A stretch of 64,000 bases of DNA, from assembly GCA_003213095.1 (NCBI GenBank), contig QCNV01000004.1, positions 4,949-68,948 on the forward strand. The letters are read 5' to 3'. Both the position numbers and the translations under genes were made by a program. The DNA is from SAR202 cluster bacterium AG-426-M11. Its GTDB lineage: Bacteria > Chloroflexota > Dehalococcoidia > Lucifugimonadales > UBA826. Shown here piece after piece: positions 40,788 through 50,154 of the stretch (position 1 is the first letter of the stretch; every line of letters starts with the position of its first letter). Below the pieces are notes generated by a model. The model saw nothing but the letters and a program-made list of their open reading frames with translations, made no database searches and was not told the origin of the DNA.

Positions 40788-42359
40788 CTAAACTGACAAC
40801 AATGCTTTTGTGATTGGAGGAACAATTAATAATACTATTCCAGAACAAAGGGAAGTGGAAGATAAATACGAAATTATTCTTAAATTATTTCCACCTTCTG
40901 AAAATTTTGGTGCCAACGAATTCGCTATGGTAAGTATAGCGACTGCAAAAATAATTGTATATTGTAACGAACCCATATTAGTCATCTGAAATACATCTAA
41001 CCCTGATGACAGATCTTGTGTCTGAGGTATATTTAAACCCGGAGGAGCAGTTAAACCAGTTGGAGCCTCAAATTCTGCAGTCACCATAGTACTTTCACCC
41101 GAGACAACTTCATTTAATTTAGAATTGAAATTGATAATAATTTCTAAAACAAAAACTAATATAAATGCCATTACCAAATTCATAGTAAGAGTAAGAAATG
41201 AAAAAGTAGATGATGTTAATTTCCGTTTAGCTCTTAGTTCTGTAATATTTTGAGCATAATCAGAGCAAATTTCTCCAATTTGAGCTGGATCACAACCTAC
41301 TTCTACTCCATCAACAAACATACCTGTTGTTCTTGCAGCTAGTTCACTGCCAGTTTCTCGATTAAAAGTTTCCCATGATTCAGTAGAAGGTAAACCCGAT
41401 TCTAATCTAGTTCTCAATCTTTCTAGAGGTAATCTCAAATGTTGATATGAAGCTGAATCTATTCTTCTCAAAGACTCAGTTAAAGTAACTCCTGCAGAAC
41501 CTGCAATACTTCCAATTGCTCTTAAAAACATTGGTAATTCTTCATCGATTTTATTGACTCGACTAGCATCTCGAGAAGCTAAATATCCTGAAGGAAGTAA
41601 AGCAATCCCTAACAATATAAAAACTGCAGATGAGGATCTAACAGGGCTAATATCGTTAGAAGTAAGTACAAAAAATAACAACATGCCTACTGCAAAAGCT
41701 GCAGGACCTAAAATCAATGCTAAAAATCTAGAAATTTTTCTATCTCTTGTAGCTCCAGAAACTGGGTCATAAGTAAATCTTTCATAAGGTGCTACTTTAT
41801 AAATAAGATATACTCCGACTGAAGTAACTCCAGTCAATGTAAATAACATCAAATATATAAAAGATTCACTGGTAGAACCCAATAAACTTGAAACCTGAGA
41901 AACAACCATAATCAGAGTAACAGCTACTAACACAGCAGCATATGCATCTGTCCATTTCCTTAAATTTTCAACATTTCTTTCATAATCATTCCTATAATGT
42001 TCACCTTCTGATCTGGTTTCAGATAACACAAAATCAGACTCAGAACTGCCAGAGGAAATGGATGCCGAAAATCTCAGCAACAAACTTTTAATTCTTGGAG
42101 CTTTTGCTTTTTGTGCTACAGCTTGGAATGCTCGCGTATACTCAACACCCATAGACCTAGCCATTAAATTGATATATTCAAAGAAAACTGCTGTAACAAA
42201 TTTTTGCCTTCCACAATATTCCAATAATCTATCTCTACCTACACCACCTCTTGCTAATATAGACATGTAAGTTAATTGTGAAAAAAGATCAAATCCAATT
42301 ACTTGGTTATCAGAAGAGACCTTCTCTATTTGCCTGGGCGAGGATGTTGTGGAGTTCAT
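40788..42359 (-). CDS. arlJ: Archaellum membrane platform protein ArlJ (FlaJ)
   Basis: DLFSQLTYMS, LLLRFSASISSG, YERNVENLRKWTDAY, two GspF-like cytoplasmic domains, multiple TM helices. Follows arlI. Confidence 0.92.
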   Translation of the reverse strand: MNSTTSSPRQIEKVSSDNQVIGFDLFSQLTYMSILARGGVGRDRLLEYCGRQKFVTAVFFEYINLMARSMGVEYTRAFQAVAQKAKAPRIKSLLLRFSASISSGSSESDFVLSETRSEGEHYRNDYERNVENLRKWTDAYAAVLVAVTLIMVVSQVSSLLGSTSESFIYLMLFTLTGVTSVGVYLIYKVAPYERFTYDPVSGATRDRKISRFLALILGPAAFAVGMLLFFVLTSNDISPVRSSSAVFILLGIALLPSGYLASRDASRVNKIDEELPMFLRAIGSIAGSAGVTLTESLRRIDSASYQHLRLPLERLRTRLESGLPSTESWETFNRETGSELAARTTGMFVDGVEVGCDPAQIGEICSDYAQNITELRAKRKLTSSTFSFLTLTMNLVMAFILVFVLEIIINFNSKLNEVVSGESTMVTAEFEAPTGLTAPPGLNIPQTQDLSSGLDVFQMTNMGSLQYTIIFAVAILTIANSLAPKFSEGGNNLRIISYLSSTSLCSGIVLLIVPPITKALLSV

Positions 42360-44097
42360 AAAAGTTTGTATTATCCCGTTCTGCTAATCTTCTTAAAATC
42401 TCTGCTCTACGATCTAATTCCTCATAAATTTTTCTATATTCCAAAGGTGGAAGACCTCTTCTAGAAGCCACTACCTGTTCTAATAAATAAGTATTCATAT
42501 AACCAGGGAATTCATGTTCATCAGTAGCTGGATTCCATTTAAATACTTCAATAAATCCAAAAGAATTAGATTCTGGATCATATTCTACTATTTCATTAAT
42601 ACTTAAACATCTTCTTGCAGGAGTCCCGTCAGGTAACCTTACAGCACTCATAATGATTACCATATTGAGGTTATCAACGTAAGTTTTTGGAACATTAATT
42701 GGATTACCAGTTAATCTTTGAATCAATTTTTCCACAGATGAAGCGTGGAATGTAGCCATACAGGCATGACCTGTTTGCATAGCCTGAAAAGCAATAGCGC
42801 CCTCTGCGCCTCGAATTTCTCCAATAACTATTTCTTCAGGTCTTTGTCTCAAAGCAGCCACAAGTAAATCAAACATTGTAACTGAACCACTATTATCCCC
42901 ACCTCCACGTACAACTTCTCTAATCCAATTTTGGTGAGGAACTTGCAATTCAGGAGTATCTTCAATACTTACTATTTTTGCATTAGGAGGAATAAACGTA
43001 CTAATAGCATTTAAGATAGTAGTTTTGCCTGATGCTGTCTCTCCCGAAACGAAAGTGTTCATTCCTTCTGATAGCATTAATGAAATATAAGCTGCCATCT
43101 CAAATGTCATAGACTTAAAATTAATTAAATCTAATATGCTAAATGGAGTTGCACTGAATTTCCTGATAGTGTAATTACTACCCCTCTTAGAAACATCCCC
43201 ACCATAAACAATATTTATTCTAGAACCATCAGGAAGAGTTGCGTCAACAATTGGATCTCGTAGTGTTACAGGTCTTCCTATTTTTTCAGATAATTGAATG
43301 ACATATTGATCCAATTTTTCAGTGTCAGTAAATTCCACACTAGCTTTTAATCCACCAAAAGTTTTGTGTTCAATGTACAAAGGACCAACACCACTACAAC
43401 TAATATCTTCTATATAAGGATCTTCAACCAAAGGATCCATGATACCCATCCCAACTTTTTCTCTCTTCATCAAGTAGCGTAGACCTTGAAATTGATCATC
43501 AGAAATATCTAATACATTTTGAATTTTTTTTGAATTATTCTTTGATCTACCACAAATTTCATCTACTGCAGTCATAATCACATCTAATCGAGCATCTTTA
43601 TCAGGTGCTTCACGTAATTCATCGATATAATCCATTAATTGAACATCAACTTCTTTAACTATATCCTCAACTCCAGGAACCAATGAAGGCTCTACAGCCA
43701 AGTAGTAATCTCTAGTATCATCTGGGTCATGAATCACATGAATAAATACTCCTCCACCTACTGGATAAAGTAAATTTCTTTTATCTTGTGAATCAGCTGA
43801 TTTATTAACAAAACTTTTAAACTCTGGAATACCAATTTCATCAATTGGTAATTCGGAAACATATGCTCCTAAATGCCTATATTGTTCAGCCTGCTCTTTA
43901 AATTCTTTAGGTAATTTTTGAATAATTTTTTCGTCCAATTCAAAATTAGGTGAAATCCCATTTGAAACGTTGTCTAAATAACCTCTAATACCTTCACGAG
44001 CAACCTGATTGGAGCCTGAAAAAGGCAAAGTGCCATTTTTAGATTTTTGTGAACCCATTTGAACAACAACTTTAAAGCTGTCTAACCCAAATTTCAT
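42310..44097 (-). CDS. arlI: Archaellum assembly/motor ATPase ArlI (FlaI)
   Basis: DPYIEDISCSG, Walker A GETASGKT, SIEDTPEL, ALRQRPEEIVIGEIRG, GHACMATFHA. Start placed just after the arlH stop. Confidence 0.94.
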   Translation of the reverse strand: MKFGLDSFKVVVQMGSQKSKNGTLPFSGSNQVAREGIRGYLDNVSNGISPNFELDEKIIQKLPKEFKEQAEQYRHLGAYVSELPIDEIGIPEFKSFVNKSADSQDKRNLLYPVGGGVFIHVIHDPDDTRDYYLAVEPSLVPGVEDIVKEVDVQLMDYIDELREAPDKDARLDVIMTAVDEICGRSKNNSKKIQNVLDISDDQFQGLRYLMKREKVGMGIMDPLVEDPYIEDISCSGVGPLYIEHKTFGGLKASVEFTDTEKLDQYVIQLSEKIGRPVTLRDPIVDATLPDGSRINIVYGGDVSKRGSNYTIRKFSATPFSILDLINFKSMTFEMAAYISLMLSEGMNTFVSGETASGKTTILNAISTFIPPNAKIVSIEDTPELQVPHQNWIREVVRGGGDNSGSVTMFDLLVAALRQRPEEIVIGEIRGAEGAIAFQAMQTGHACMATFHASSVEKLIQRLTGNPINVPKTYVDNLNMVIIMSAVRLPDGTPARRCLSINEIVEYDPESNSFGFIEVFKWNPATDEHEFPGYMNTYLLEQVVASRRGLPPLEYRKIYEELDRRAEILRRLAERDNTNFYELHNILAQANREGLF

Positions 44098-44098
44098 A

Positions 44099-44803
44099 TT
44101 AAGCCTTAGCCCTAGAAACCGGAACAATTCGTATTCCCATAGCGGGTTCAACTTCAAATCCCATAATATTTCCAGTTTTATTATCTGCGCCTCGAATCTT
44201 AGCAACTTCCATAGTCTTTATAAGATTTGTCCCAGAAGAAGTCACTTGTAATCTCAAATAAGCATCACATATAGATCTAACTCTTAAAAGAAAATCTTCA
44301 TCAAAAGCATTTTCATGAACTGTGCAAGCAATAACCTGACCTTTTTCACAAACATCTTTTAAACCATTAAAAAAATCTTGAATTTTTTCACCCCCTGCCC
44401 TAGACACAAATGTAGTCAAAGAATCAATCACGATCATTTTTGAAGAATGCTGTTGTTGTATATGATTAGATAATTGATCGAAAAATAAATCGGGATCCTC
44501 GTTTTCAGCAGAAGAAGTAATAGGAAAAACTTGCAAGTCATTCATGAGAAAATAATCAGTAACTTCTTGCCCCAAACTTTCCATCTGTCTTAAAAATGCA
44601 TGAATATTTTGTTCAGTAGTATAAATTGTTGCTGATTTACCATCTCTTAAAGTACCCCAAATTAATTGCTGAGCAAAGGTACTTTTCCCTGATGCATCTT
44701 GACCTTCAATTAACATAACAGTTTTAAGTGGAATCCCTCCACCCAAACGCCTGTCAATTTCTACACTACCAGTACTGATTACTTCTGAAGATTGAGTTGT
44801 CAT
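44099..44803 (-). CDS. arlH: KaiC-like archaellum ATPase ArlH (FlaH)
   Basis: EIDRRLGGGIP, GQDASGKS, VIDSLT, RSICDAY, KIRGA...FEVEPAMGIRIVP. Confidence 0.94.
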   Translation of the reverse strand: MTTQSSEVISTGSVEIDRRLGGGIPLKTVMLIEGQDASGKSTFAQQLIWGTLRDGKSATIYTTEQNIHAFLRQMESLGQEVTDYFLMNDLQVFPITSSAENEDPDLFFDQLSNHIQQQHSSKMIVIDSLTTFVSRAGGEKIQDFFNGLKDVCEKGQVIACTVHENAFDEDFLLRVRSICDAYLRLQVTSSGTNLIKTMEVAKIRGADNKTGNIMGFEVEPAMGIRIVPVSRAKA

Positions 44804-44829
44804 TTTATGATCCTGATAACTTTATTTAG

Positions 44830-45804
44830 TTAATTGTTACACAAAGAGTCAAAATTTTCTGTAGTTTTCAACCCATTTGGCCAAATCACGATCAATGTGC
44901 CGGGTTCTTTATTGTAATTATTTAACTTTGTTGAAATCTGAATAGTTTCATTATTATTCAAAATACTAGGTTCATATTGATCATTAGATTGCAGTATTCC
45001 ATTTTCAGTAATAGTTGCAGGAAGCACAAAAGACCATTCATCATTCCCGGGGGTTGCATTCAATGATTTATTCAATTTCAAGAAAGTTTCTGGTTGATTT
45101 GCAGGACGTAATTGAATAAAAATATCGATTTTTTCAGAAAAATACATCGAACCTACCGGAAAAGAAGTTTGGCCAACATTTTTTAAACGAAATTTATCAA
45201 CACATTGAAAATCAGATAAATTCACAGCTACACCATGAGTGATATCTACAGAATATTTTCCATGATAATCACCGTTTGATCCAAACGACCAAACTTTCAA
45301 ATGGTGTTTGTTTGTATCTGTTGAATTCGTTAAAGAGGTAACGTCTAATGATCCAAATCTACTAAGTGAATCAATATATTTAGACCCGAAATTGGTAGCA
45401 GTAACATTTTCTCCAACACCGTAATAATCCAAAGATAACCTATTTGCTGTACTACGCCCCATTTCAGTCAAAAAATCCCTAACATAATTAATTTGGAAAT
45501 TTAATCCTGCGGGAGCATCAAACCAATAACATTGATATGGATCAGTCCCAGTAACCTCCCCTTGTCTTGGTATACCAGTAAAAAGTGGTTTACAACCTAA
45601 AGCGTCAACTTCATTATAACTAGCTAATGTAGATACTTCTGAGGTTAATTCAAATGCTGAGTCTAATTTTTCTGCTCTATACTCAGCAGCAGTACGATTC
45701 GCTTCAGCTAATAAATTCATTCCAATCTGATTAGATCTAAACATAACTATAACTGAAGTTAGTAGAACAGAAATGATTAATAATGCAGAAATGCTTGAAC
45801 CCAT
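44830..45804 (-). CDS. arlF: ArlF (FlaF)-like stator protein with a large inserted domain
   Basis: MGSS plus hydrophobic N-terminus, LKNVGQT, ILNNNETIQI...PNG. Positioned between arlG and arlH. Confidence 0.7.
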   Translation of the reverse strand: MGSSISALLIISVLLTSVIVMFRSNQIGMNLLAEANRTAAEYRAEKLDSAFELTSEVSTLASYNEVDALGCKPLFTGIPRQGEVTGTDPYQCYWFDAPAGLNFQINYVRDFLTEMGRSTANRLSLDYYGVGENVTATNFGSKYIDSLSRFGSLDVTSLTNSTDTNKHHLKVWSFGSNGDYHGKYSVDITHGVAVNLSDFQCVDKFRLKNVGQTSFPVGSMYFSEKIDIFIQLRPANQPETFLKLNKSLNATPGNDEWSFVLPATITENGILQSNDQYEPSILNNNETIQISTKLNNYNKEPGTLIVIWPNGLKTTENFDSLCNN

Positions 45805-45819
45805 TTAGGTCACCAAGAT

Positions 45820-46308
45820 CTATTGATCAAACTTAAATTGATAATTTGATTGAATTCCGTTAGATGTCGCAAAACGTAAAAAATAAATTTTAGGTTTAAT
45901 CAATGCGCTAGCATTATTAAGTTTAATTGAAATTTCAACAGTCTCACCTTGAGTCCATGGACCTGTTTTAGTTGTACTCCAGTTATTGTCTGCAAGATTC
46001 CCAGTAGAATCATAGGATAAAACATAAAATTGAGTCTGATCATTAGATCCAATAAAAATATCGGATAAACTCAATTGAGTAATATTTGCTCCACCTATGT
46101 TTTTAACCCAAGCATTTACCGTTGTAGAATTCGTTGAGTGAACAGTTACAATTTCTACATCTGTAGAAATTCTTACTGATAAATCTTTTTGAGATTCAAC
46201 AATTGATCTACTACTACTCCCAACAATAGGTGTAAGCGTAGTAGTAACTAATGCAGCAGCAGTAACTCCAGCAATAACCAATAAGGCAGTAACAATCACT
46301 TTATCCAT
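45820..46308 (-). CDS. arlG: ArlG (FlaG)-like stator protein
   Basis: N-terminal TM helix, WVKNIG, DIFIG, WTQGETVEI, TSNG. Confidence 0.8.
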   Translation of the reverse strand: MDKVIVTALLVIAGVTAAALVTTTLTPIVGSSSRSIVESQKDLSVRISTDVEIVTVHSTNSTTVNAWVKNIGGANITQLSLSDIFIGSNDQTQFYVLSYDSTGNLADNNWSTTKTGPWTQGETVEISIKLNNASALIKPKIYFLRFATSNGIQSNYQFKFDQ

Positions 46309-46323
46309 GATTTACTCCTGATA

Positions 46324-46851
46324 TTAAGCAGAGTCTATAGAAATACAAACTAACTTATGTAGTTCTGATACCACCTCAGAATAAGCAGATGGAGACATAG
46401 GGTCGTCTGAAGAATACATCTCATCTAACATAGACATATTCTTCAAAATAAATTTTGCCATTAATGGACTAATCATTCCTGAATTCTCATAGGCTTCTAA
46501 AATAGGAAATAATCTAGCAGCAGTCAGTCCTTTTTCTTTAGAGTTTCCCATCCATCCCAATAAGTCATTTAATGTGCCTTTATTGTTCTGATCAGCAGAC
46601 ATATCTAACCCCGAATCATTACCAAAGTATGGTTGAGGCTTTCCTGCTGGGGCAGGCATTGGAGAAGAATTAGATACAGGTGAGGCGGCAGCTGCTGCCT
46701 GAACGATTTGAGGTGCAGAAATCACATCAGATTTCCTTAACCAAATATCTCTCATATCTATCAAAATCTGTCTAATTTCAGATTTTAATAAATTAACTTC
46801 ACCCTCTAGAGCTTCTACTCTTTGTTGTAATTGTGAATTCGAGGTAGTCAT
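46324..46851 (-). CDS. ArlC/D/E-like switch-complex protein
   Basis: N-terminal coiled coil (RVEALEGEVNLLKSEIRQILIDMR). C-terminal W...G...ILEAYENSGMIS...L resembles the archaeal FlaD/E domain. Confidence 0.6.
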   Translation of the reverse strand: MTTSNSQLQQRVEALEGEVNLLKSEIRQILIDMRDIWLRKSDVISAPQIVQAAAAASPVSNSSPMPAPAGKPQPYFGNDSGLDMSADQNNKGTLNDLLGWMGNSKEKGLTAARLFPILEAYENSGMISPLMAKFILKNMSMLDEMYSSDDPMSPSAYSEVVSELHKLVCISIDSA

Positions 46852-46861
46852 TTATCACCTA

Positions 46862-47509
46862 TTATTCTAAGTTCATCACGCGCATTAACTCTGGAGGTGT
46901 CTTTCTAGACAAAATTAACGATCCACCTTGCTGTGGAATAATTTCAAGTCTAAAAATCATATTAGGACCTAATAAAGTTGCACCACCAGCTTGAGTATCA
47001 TTCAATACCACTCTAATTTCAGCGACATCACCTTGTTGTAACAATTCTGGAGTATTGGCAGTAGTTTCCACAACTTTAGTAACAGTTACAGTGCTCAAAA
47101 TACCGTCAGCTGCAGCTCTTCCATTTATCTCAGCATTAGAAGAATCTCTCTGATTATCATCGGAATAAATCAAAGCAATTTTATCTCTAGCAATAGATGT
47201 ACCTGTAGATCCACTAGCTGTAGTAATCTGAAAAGTTAATGCTTCTACACGAGTACAAGCACCTTGAGCATTCTGCGCACATTCAGCAATCAGCCCGCCT
47301 TTAGGTGCAAAAGTAGAGCTAGCTTCAGCTATTCCAGCTTGTGCAGTAGTTTTTGCTTTCTCTGTACTAAACAAACCAGTTGTCATAACTGTAAAAGCGA
47401 ATACAGCAGCAACAACGATAAATGCGATCAAAATAATCGCAGTTTCAAGACCAGTAATTCCTCTTTGATCTTTCCAAAGTCCATTCATTCTGTCAAACAT
47501 ATTTTTCAT
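46862..47509 (-). CDS. arlB: Archaellin ArlB (FlaB)
   Basis: Class III signal peptide KDQRG/ITGLETAIILIAFIVVAAVFAF, LLQQGD, FRLEIIPQQG...RKTP. Confidence 0.95.
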   Translation of the reverse strand: MKNMFDRMNGLWKDQRGITGLETAIILIAFIVVAAVFAFTVMTTGLFSTEKAKTTAQAGIAEASSTFAPKGGLIAECAQNAQGACTRVEALTFQITTASGSTGTSIARDKIALIYSDDNQRDSSNAEINGRAAADGILSTVTVTKVVETTANTPELLQQGDVAEIRVVLNDTQAGGATLLGPNMIFRLEIIPQQGGSLILSRKTPPELMRVMNLE

Positions 47510-47596
47510 GTCTAATTATTCCTTATAAATAACTAAATCAATTTTTCAATCTACATTCTAACAGTACTACAAAGAAGATTGTAAGTATTGTTAAAT

Positions 47597-48478
47597 TTAT
47601 TCTACAAATTGAAGAATGTATGCAGGCCAATAATTCTCAACTATCGCTCCTATAATCACGATCACAAAAGCGATTATAGCTAGAACTAATACGGCATTTA
47701 AAACTTTATACAATCTAGGATTTTTAAAACCGTATATTGTTACCCCACGTGATAAAAATATACCAGCTAAAGAACCTACTATATAAGCTAATCCCTCTAA
47801 GATAATGTGAGGAATCAAGGCTACAAAAGCATAAATAATATACATTGTAGGGTCAGCAGCAGATTCCAGGCCAACTTTTGTTAGAAGGACTAAAGTAATA
47901 CTCCATCTCCCCGCATTCCAACCTAAAGCTAGACTAGCTCCCAAACTTCTAAACATAAATGAAAACCAAAAAAACAATATCAAAATAGCGGTATTGTTAA
48001 AGAAAAATTGCCAACCATGGCCGGCAAATCTGTCTCCTGTTAAGACAAATTGCTCACTGGGATATGCAGCCCCAACAAAAGTAAATCTCTCAACAAGAAT
48101 GTCTCTCTCAATAATTGAAGCCAATATAGCCCAAACAACTAGCATACTAACTAAAATCACTGTTCCAGAAACAATACTTTTCCTGTTTGCAGTCCATCCG
48201 CCCACCCCTTGATCCCAAATCCTCTCACGATTAATTCTTAAAATTTGATTTACTCTAGGCACTATTGCGGCGGTAGCAATCGCTAATGACGCTAAACCTG
48301 CTTCACTCATGGGGATAATAACGGTAGTAACAACAACACCAATAAAAACTGCTAACGCAGCCTCAATCCCTATTAATAGATTCCATCTAAAATCAGATTC
48401 AACCTTAATATGATCTAGTGTTGCTCCTATAACAGAACCTGGCTCTTCAGAAGACCTGATATTTGCAAACATGTTCAT
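47597..48478 (-). CDS. SpoIIM-family membrane protein
   Basis: FFFNN...GWNA...LIPHIILEGLAY...GAIVE. Confidence 0.75.
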   Translation of the reverse strand: MNMFANIRSSEEPGSVIGATLDHIKVESDFRWNLLIGIEAALAVFIGVVVTTVIIPMSEAGLASLAIATAAIVPRVNQILRINRERIWDQGVGGWTANRKSIVSGTVILVSMLVVWAILASIIERDILVERFTFVGAAYPSEQFVLTGDRFAGHGWQFFFNNTAILILFFWFSFMFRSLGASLALGWNAGRWSITLVLLTKVGLESAADPTMYIIYAFVALIPHIILEGLAYIVGSLAGIFLSRGVTIYGFKNPRLYKVLNAVLVLAIIAFVIVIIGAIVENYWPAYILQFVE

Positions 48479-48549
48479 TAATGTCTACTCCCAGAAAAAT
48501 TTCCAATATTATTTCCGACATAGTACATAATAAACATGTTTTTTTCACC

Positions 48550-49248
48550 CTATTTTTTCTTGAAAATCATTATGTTTTTTGTGTTTAAAATAATATCCCA
48601 ATCCCAAATTTCTTCAATAAACTTCAATGTTTCTGGAGAATAAAAAGCTATATGAGTTGGATCTAATTTGTAATACCAATCCGAAAATTCAATATCTTCA
48701 TAAAAAATAGATGTCATGATACCCAAAACCCCGTTTGGTTTAAGTAATTTATGCAATCTATCGAATTCAAATCTAATATTTTCAAAATGTTCTACTGTTT
48801 CAGAACAAACTACAAAATCATAATTCTCTTCTAATACAATTTCATCATTAGCAAAAAACTTATCAAACACATTGACTTTTATTCCCTCTTCTTGAAACAT
48901 CAAAGATAAAGTGGGCTCTGGGCCAGACCCGAAATCTAATCCAACTGAATCAGATTTTATCAATGGATCTATTTGCATTTTAAGTCTGTTTAAAAATTTC
49001 CTGTAATTGGGATCGTATGGCAAATTTTCATGTTCTAAATAACGTTTTTTTTCATCTTCTTCATTTAAATGGAATTCAAGAGGCACAAAAACCAGATCAC
49101 AAATTTCACATTTTAAATAATCCCGAAGAAGGTTTTTTCTATTACTCTCAAAAAACAAATCTAATTTTGCAGACAAACAAAGGGGACATTGATTCAAATT
49201 ATTCTCCTGTAACAGGAAACACATAAAGATGACACCTAAATTTAACAA
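48550..49248 (-). CDS. Class I SAM-dependent methyltransferase with N-terminal Zn ribbon
   Basis: CPLC...CEIC, GLDFGSGP, ETVEHF, WYYKLDPTH. Confidence 0.85.
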   Translation of the reverse strand: MLNLGVIFMCFLLQENNLNQCPLCLSAKLDLFFESNRKNLLRDYLKCEICDLVFVPLEFHLNEEDEKKRYLEHENLPYDPNYRKFLNRLKMQIDPLIKSDSVGLDFGSGPEPTLSLMFQEEGIKVNVFDKFFANDEIVLEENYDFVVCSETVEHFENIRFEFDRLHKLLKPNGVLGIMTSIFYEDIEFSDWYYKLDPTHIAFYSPETLKFIEEIWDWDIILNTKNIMIFKKK

Positions 49249-49329
49249 AAAATCAGCATTGATTAAATGGCAGATTCACACATAAAGTTATAAAATGATT
49301 TTGGTGAAAATTATCACAAATTTGCAAAT

Positions 49330-50154
49330 TTGGAGTCAAATAAATTGGTTGCTTATGTCCCTGAGTATAAATCCATATTCATTAGCGATACTCATTTAGG
49401 TTCTAGGGGTGCTCAAGCACACCACCTAAATAATTTCCTACAAAAATACAACAGCGAAAATTTATTTTTAGTTGGCGATATTGTCGATGGCTGGAGATTA
49501 GAAAGAAAATTTTTTTGGCCCGAACAACACACTAAAGTTCTTGAACAAATAAATAAAAAGGCATTATCAGGAACACATGTACATTACCTTATAGGAAATC
49601 ATGACGAATCAGTAAAAAACTTTTCTGATCGCGGGTTAAACATAGCAGAATTAGATACTCTTGCAGAAAATGTGAATTTTGAAACACAGATAGATTACAT
49701 TGGAATCGATGGGAAAAAATACTTAGTTTGTCATGGAGACATGTTCGATACTCTAATGGACTCAAACACTGGTAGATGGGTAATGTTTTTAGGAACTACA
49801 TCTTATGATCTTTTACTCTACATAAACACTGCAGTAAACATCATCACACGTAAACTAAATCTTCCATACATAAATATTACGGGGTTTGCCAAAAGAAGAG
49901 CAAAAGCTGCTTGTAATTTATTACTCAAATTTGAAGGTATATTGAGTAACCATGCAAGCGAAAAACAATATGATGGGGTAATATGTGGACACATCCATAC
50001 ACCCGAAATAAAAAATATTAGCGGTACCGTTTACATGAACAGTGGTGACTGGGTGGAAAACTGTAGCGCTTTAGTTGAACATCATGACGGGAGCTGGGAA
50101 ATTATAAATTGGCGAGAATCACATAGTAAAACCAAAACTAGCACTCATAACTGA
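49330..50154 (+). CDS. plcP: PlcP-like phospholipase C (LpxH-like metallophosphoesterase)
   Basis: FISDTHLG, LVGDIVDGW, FFWP, GNHDE, HGD, ICGHIH, NSGDWVE. Immediately upstream of a GT4 gene. Confidence 0.8.
   Translation: MESNKLVAYVPEYKSIFISDTHLGSRGAQAHHLNNFLQKYNSENLFLVGDIVDGWRLERKFFWPEQHTKVLEQINKKALSGTHVHYLIGNHDESVKNFSDRGLNIAELDTLAENVNFETQIDYIGIDGKKYLVCHGDMFDTLMDSNTGRWVMFLGTTSYDLLLYINTAVNIITRKLNLPYINITGFAKRRAKAACNLLLKFEGILSNHASEKQYDGVICGHIHTPEIKNISGTVYMNSGDWVENCSALVEHHDGSWEIINWRESHSKTKTSTHN

Noticed and set aside
40788-44097. Tad pilus or type II secretion ATPase/platform interpretation
   Set aside because: The adjacent KaiC-like ArlH, ArlF/G and a true archaellin N-terminus are diagnostic of the archaellum. 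No Flp pilin, secretin or TadZ is present.
44098-44205. N-terminal extension of ArlI given by the ORF track
   Set aside because: It overlaps the conserved arlH C-terminus by over 100 bp. ATG 44097 or 44058 is more plausible.
49249-49329. Pho box upstream of plcP
   Set aside because: TTCACA/ATCACA-like words are present, but I could not find a convincing 11-bp-spaced pair.
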